From Basidiobolus meristosporus CBS 931.73 (lineage: Eukaryota; Fungi; Basidiobolomycota), in assembly GCA_002104905.1 (NCBI GenBank), contig MCFE01000489.1:3226-67225 (forward strand): a stretch of DNA of 64,000 nucleotides. Reading direction: 5' to 3'. A program made the position numbers and the translations under genes. The notes under the pieces were generated by a model. The model worked only from the letters and a program-made list of their open reading frames with translations, was not told the DNA's origin and made no database searches. Shown here piece after piece: positions 61,801-64,000 of this stretch (position 1 is the stretch's first letter; each line of letters begins with the position of its first letter).

Positions 61801-63540
61801 GAAATTGAACTCAGCAGAACAAAACTATCCAGTCCATGAGAAGGAGATGCTTGCTATAATATACTGTTGGAAGACATGGAGATGCTATATTGAAGGAGTC
61901 AAATGCACTGTGAAGACTGATCATGCCTCCCTCAAGTATATATTTACTCAGAAGGTACTCTCTAGAAGAATGACAAGATGGAGTGAATACATTCAGCAAT
62001 TTGACCTGGAGATTGTCTACTGCCCAGAAAAAAACAACACGGTTGCTGATGCCTTATCAAGATTAGATCAAGTTGCACAACTCAACTTGGTGCATGAGTC
62101 AGATTGTCCTAGCCTATTACCAAAGTACTTGGAGGACCAAACCATTCCTAATGAGGTGGATGAAGATATCAAGAGGATAATCCGTGATGAAGCCAGCAAA
62201 TTTGTTGTACAGGATGAAACACTCTACCAAATTGTTGATGGAAGCCCTATTGCCTATTGTCCTTATGTTGCTTGCCTGGATCTAATACATAAGCTACACA
62301 ATGGATATGGACATCTTGGGATTGATGGAACCTATAGCCTTGTGAAAGCCAGAGCATGGTGGCCCAGAATGAAACAAGATATTGAGAAGCTAGTGAAAAC
62401 ATGCCCAAACTGCCAAATCAATCAAGGCCAGCCAAAAAGAATTGCCAAACTCTTCCCTTTGGAGCTTGTAAGACCATTTGAGAGATGGGGAATTGACTTT
62501 ATTGGAAGACTGCCAACTACCAGGAAATGCAACCATTGGATCCTAGTAGCTATTGACCATGCCACTAAATGGCCAGTTGCTAAAGCTGTACCAATAGCCA
62601 GTGAACAAGAAGTTGCAAGTTTCATTTACCAGGAGATCCTGATGAAATTTGGATGCCCTGTGGAGATCTTATCTGATAGAGGAGCAAACTTTATGGCAAA
62701 GACATTAGAGGCTTACCAGGAAATGCAGCAGATCAGACACTTGAAAACCTCGGCATATCACCCCAGAACTAATGGAGTCACTGAGCGGTTTAATGGATTA
62801 TTTGGAAAAATGCTGACCAAGTATGCAAATGGAGTTGTCAGTAGATGGGATGAGTATATAGACCAAGCACTCTTTGCATCCAGAGTCAGAGTACACAACA
62901 CCACCCAGCAATCACCATTTTACTTAGTTTATGGATGTGAACCAAGAATTCCAGGAGATCTCACACAACCAAAGCTTACAGACACCTTAGAAGATGAACT
63001 CAGTCAGCCAAGTAGACACCAGCAACTGGAACAAAGACGTCAAGAGGCACAGACCAAAGTATCTCAAAGTGCAGAAAAGATGAAGCAGAGATTTGATAAG
63101 ACTATAGCACCAGAAGCATTGACAGTTGGGAACTTTGTATTGCTAAGAAACAACACTCGGAAGAAGTTTGAGCCACAATGGACAGCACCATTCAAGATCA
63201 TCAGAGAATGTCCATTTGCAACTTACCAACTGGTGGACAAACAAGGCAAAATCCGGGAAGACTTAGTGCATAGGGACAGACTCAAGCTTGCAAGACTTGC
63301 TGACAATACTGAACCATCAAGATATTGGTATCACAAGAAAAGAGATTCAGGAGAACCCTCTCAACTTTAGTAGGGGAGAAAGTTATGATCTGCCGCTTGA
63401 ATGTTTAAGTTAGATCAGTTTTTAGTCAAATCAACTAGTATATGTTTTAGGTTATCAGTATATCAGTATTATCTATGAAATCAGTAGCATTAGTCAGCAA
63501 ATGAATCAGCAGATCCTTATCAGACAGAAATAGATATATT
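58811..63540 (+). mobile_element. Ty3/Gypsy element G2, near-intact (5' LTR 58811-59178; 3' LTR from 63382 interrupted at 63540)
   Basis: PBS TGGTAGCAGC, single gag-pol frame, PPT; highly similar to G1. Confidence 0.97.
59237..63370 (+). CDS. Gypsy Gag-Pol polyprotein (CA-like, CCHC, protease, RT, RNase H, integrase; no chromodomain) with one premature TGA at 59423-59425
   Basis: ORFs 59237-59425 and 59486-63370 are in the same frame; motifs [40 protein letters not shown]. Confidence 0.92.
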
Positions 63541-64000
63541 AGACTTGTTCCATTGTACCGTGCCAGGGTGCGCGGCGCAATCCGCGGTCACAAAAACAAT
63601 TGGGCACAATATTATAGCTACCAGAAGGCAGGATTGTTCTTAGACAATTTTGCACTATGCGGGACAATCTCACACACTATGGCACAATCTAACACAATGA
63701 GGTTGGCACGGATGATTGCGCCAACTTGTAATGTTTGCATCACGTGCGCAATTGGATACCGCTATAATGGCAGGTAAAATCTGGTATTTGGATATGTTTC
63801 TTTAATGTAAATGGAAATAAATGTGTATCACACTATAAACTACACTGATACTTACCATTTTGGTTACCCTCACTCCAATTGGACGGTATCTCAGTGGTTA
63901 ATTGGTCCAAAAGTATCCTGAAACTGGCAGCCCCCAATTGGCTCATTGACTACTGAAAAAGCTACCTGATTTGCCATTAAATATCCCATTCGCCCATTGA
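63541..64000. mobile_element. Left end of a further AGACTTG-family element (different internal sequence, CpG-rich), runs off right edge
   Basis: ATT|AGACTTGTTCCATTG interrupts the G2 3' LTR at ...ATAGATATATT; GTGCC/GGCAC motifs follow. Confidence 0.8.

Overview
Eukaryotic, almost certainly fungal, genomic DNA. Short 50-70 nt GT-AG introns, a Ync13/Munc13-type gene, an FIBP gene and a very high TE load suggest an early-diverging lineage (inference only). There are three compartments. (1) 1-~3.6 kb: a CpG-depleted Ty1/Copia remnant and an eroded tRNA-Ile. (2) ~3.7-22.1 kb: a CpG-retaining island with U6 snRNA, two identical tRNA-Thr(CGT), tRNA-Arg(TCG) and six intron-containing genes (MIT-domain protein, AKAP7-like 2H phosphoesterase, compact Diaphanous-type formin, Munc13-like C2/MUN protein, ERF4/GOLGA7 family, FIBP). 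(3) ~22.1-64 kb: a CpG-depleted TE nest with Copia elements, two copies of one Ty3/Gypsy family plus solo LTRs, CACTA transposase relics and a family of AGACTTG-terminated TIR/foldback elements with 3-bp TSDs. The best leads are: the AGACTTG foldback/MITE family, with an apparently young CpG-rich member at the right edge; a Gypsy family whose first LTR base is not templated by its own U3; an AT-rich fragment resembling the C-terminus of a large-DNA-virus D5 helicase inside CACTA debris; a tRNA-Thr(CGT) on an elongator-Met-like body; and a U6 with an extra 3' UUCG hairpin. No prokaryote-type system or CRISPR array was seen. Protein family calls come from motif recognition by eye, not database searches, and many TE boundaries are approximate.
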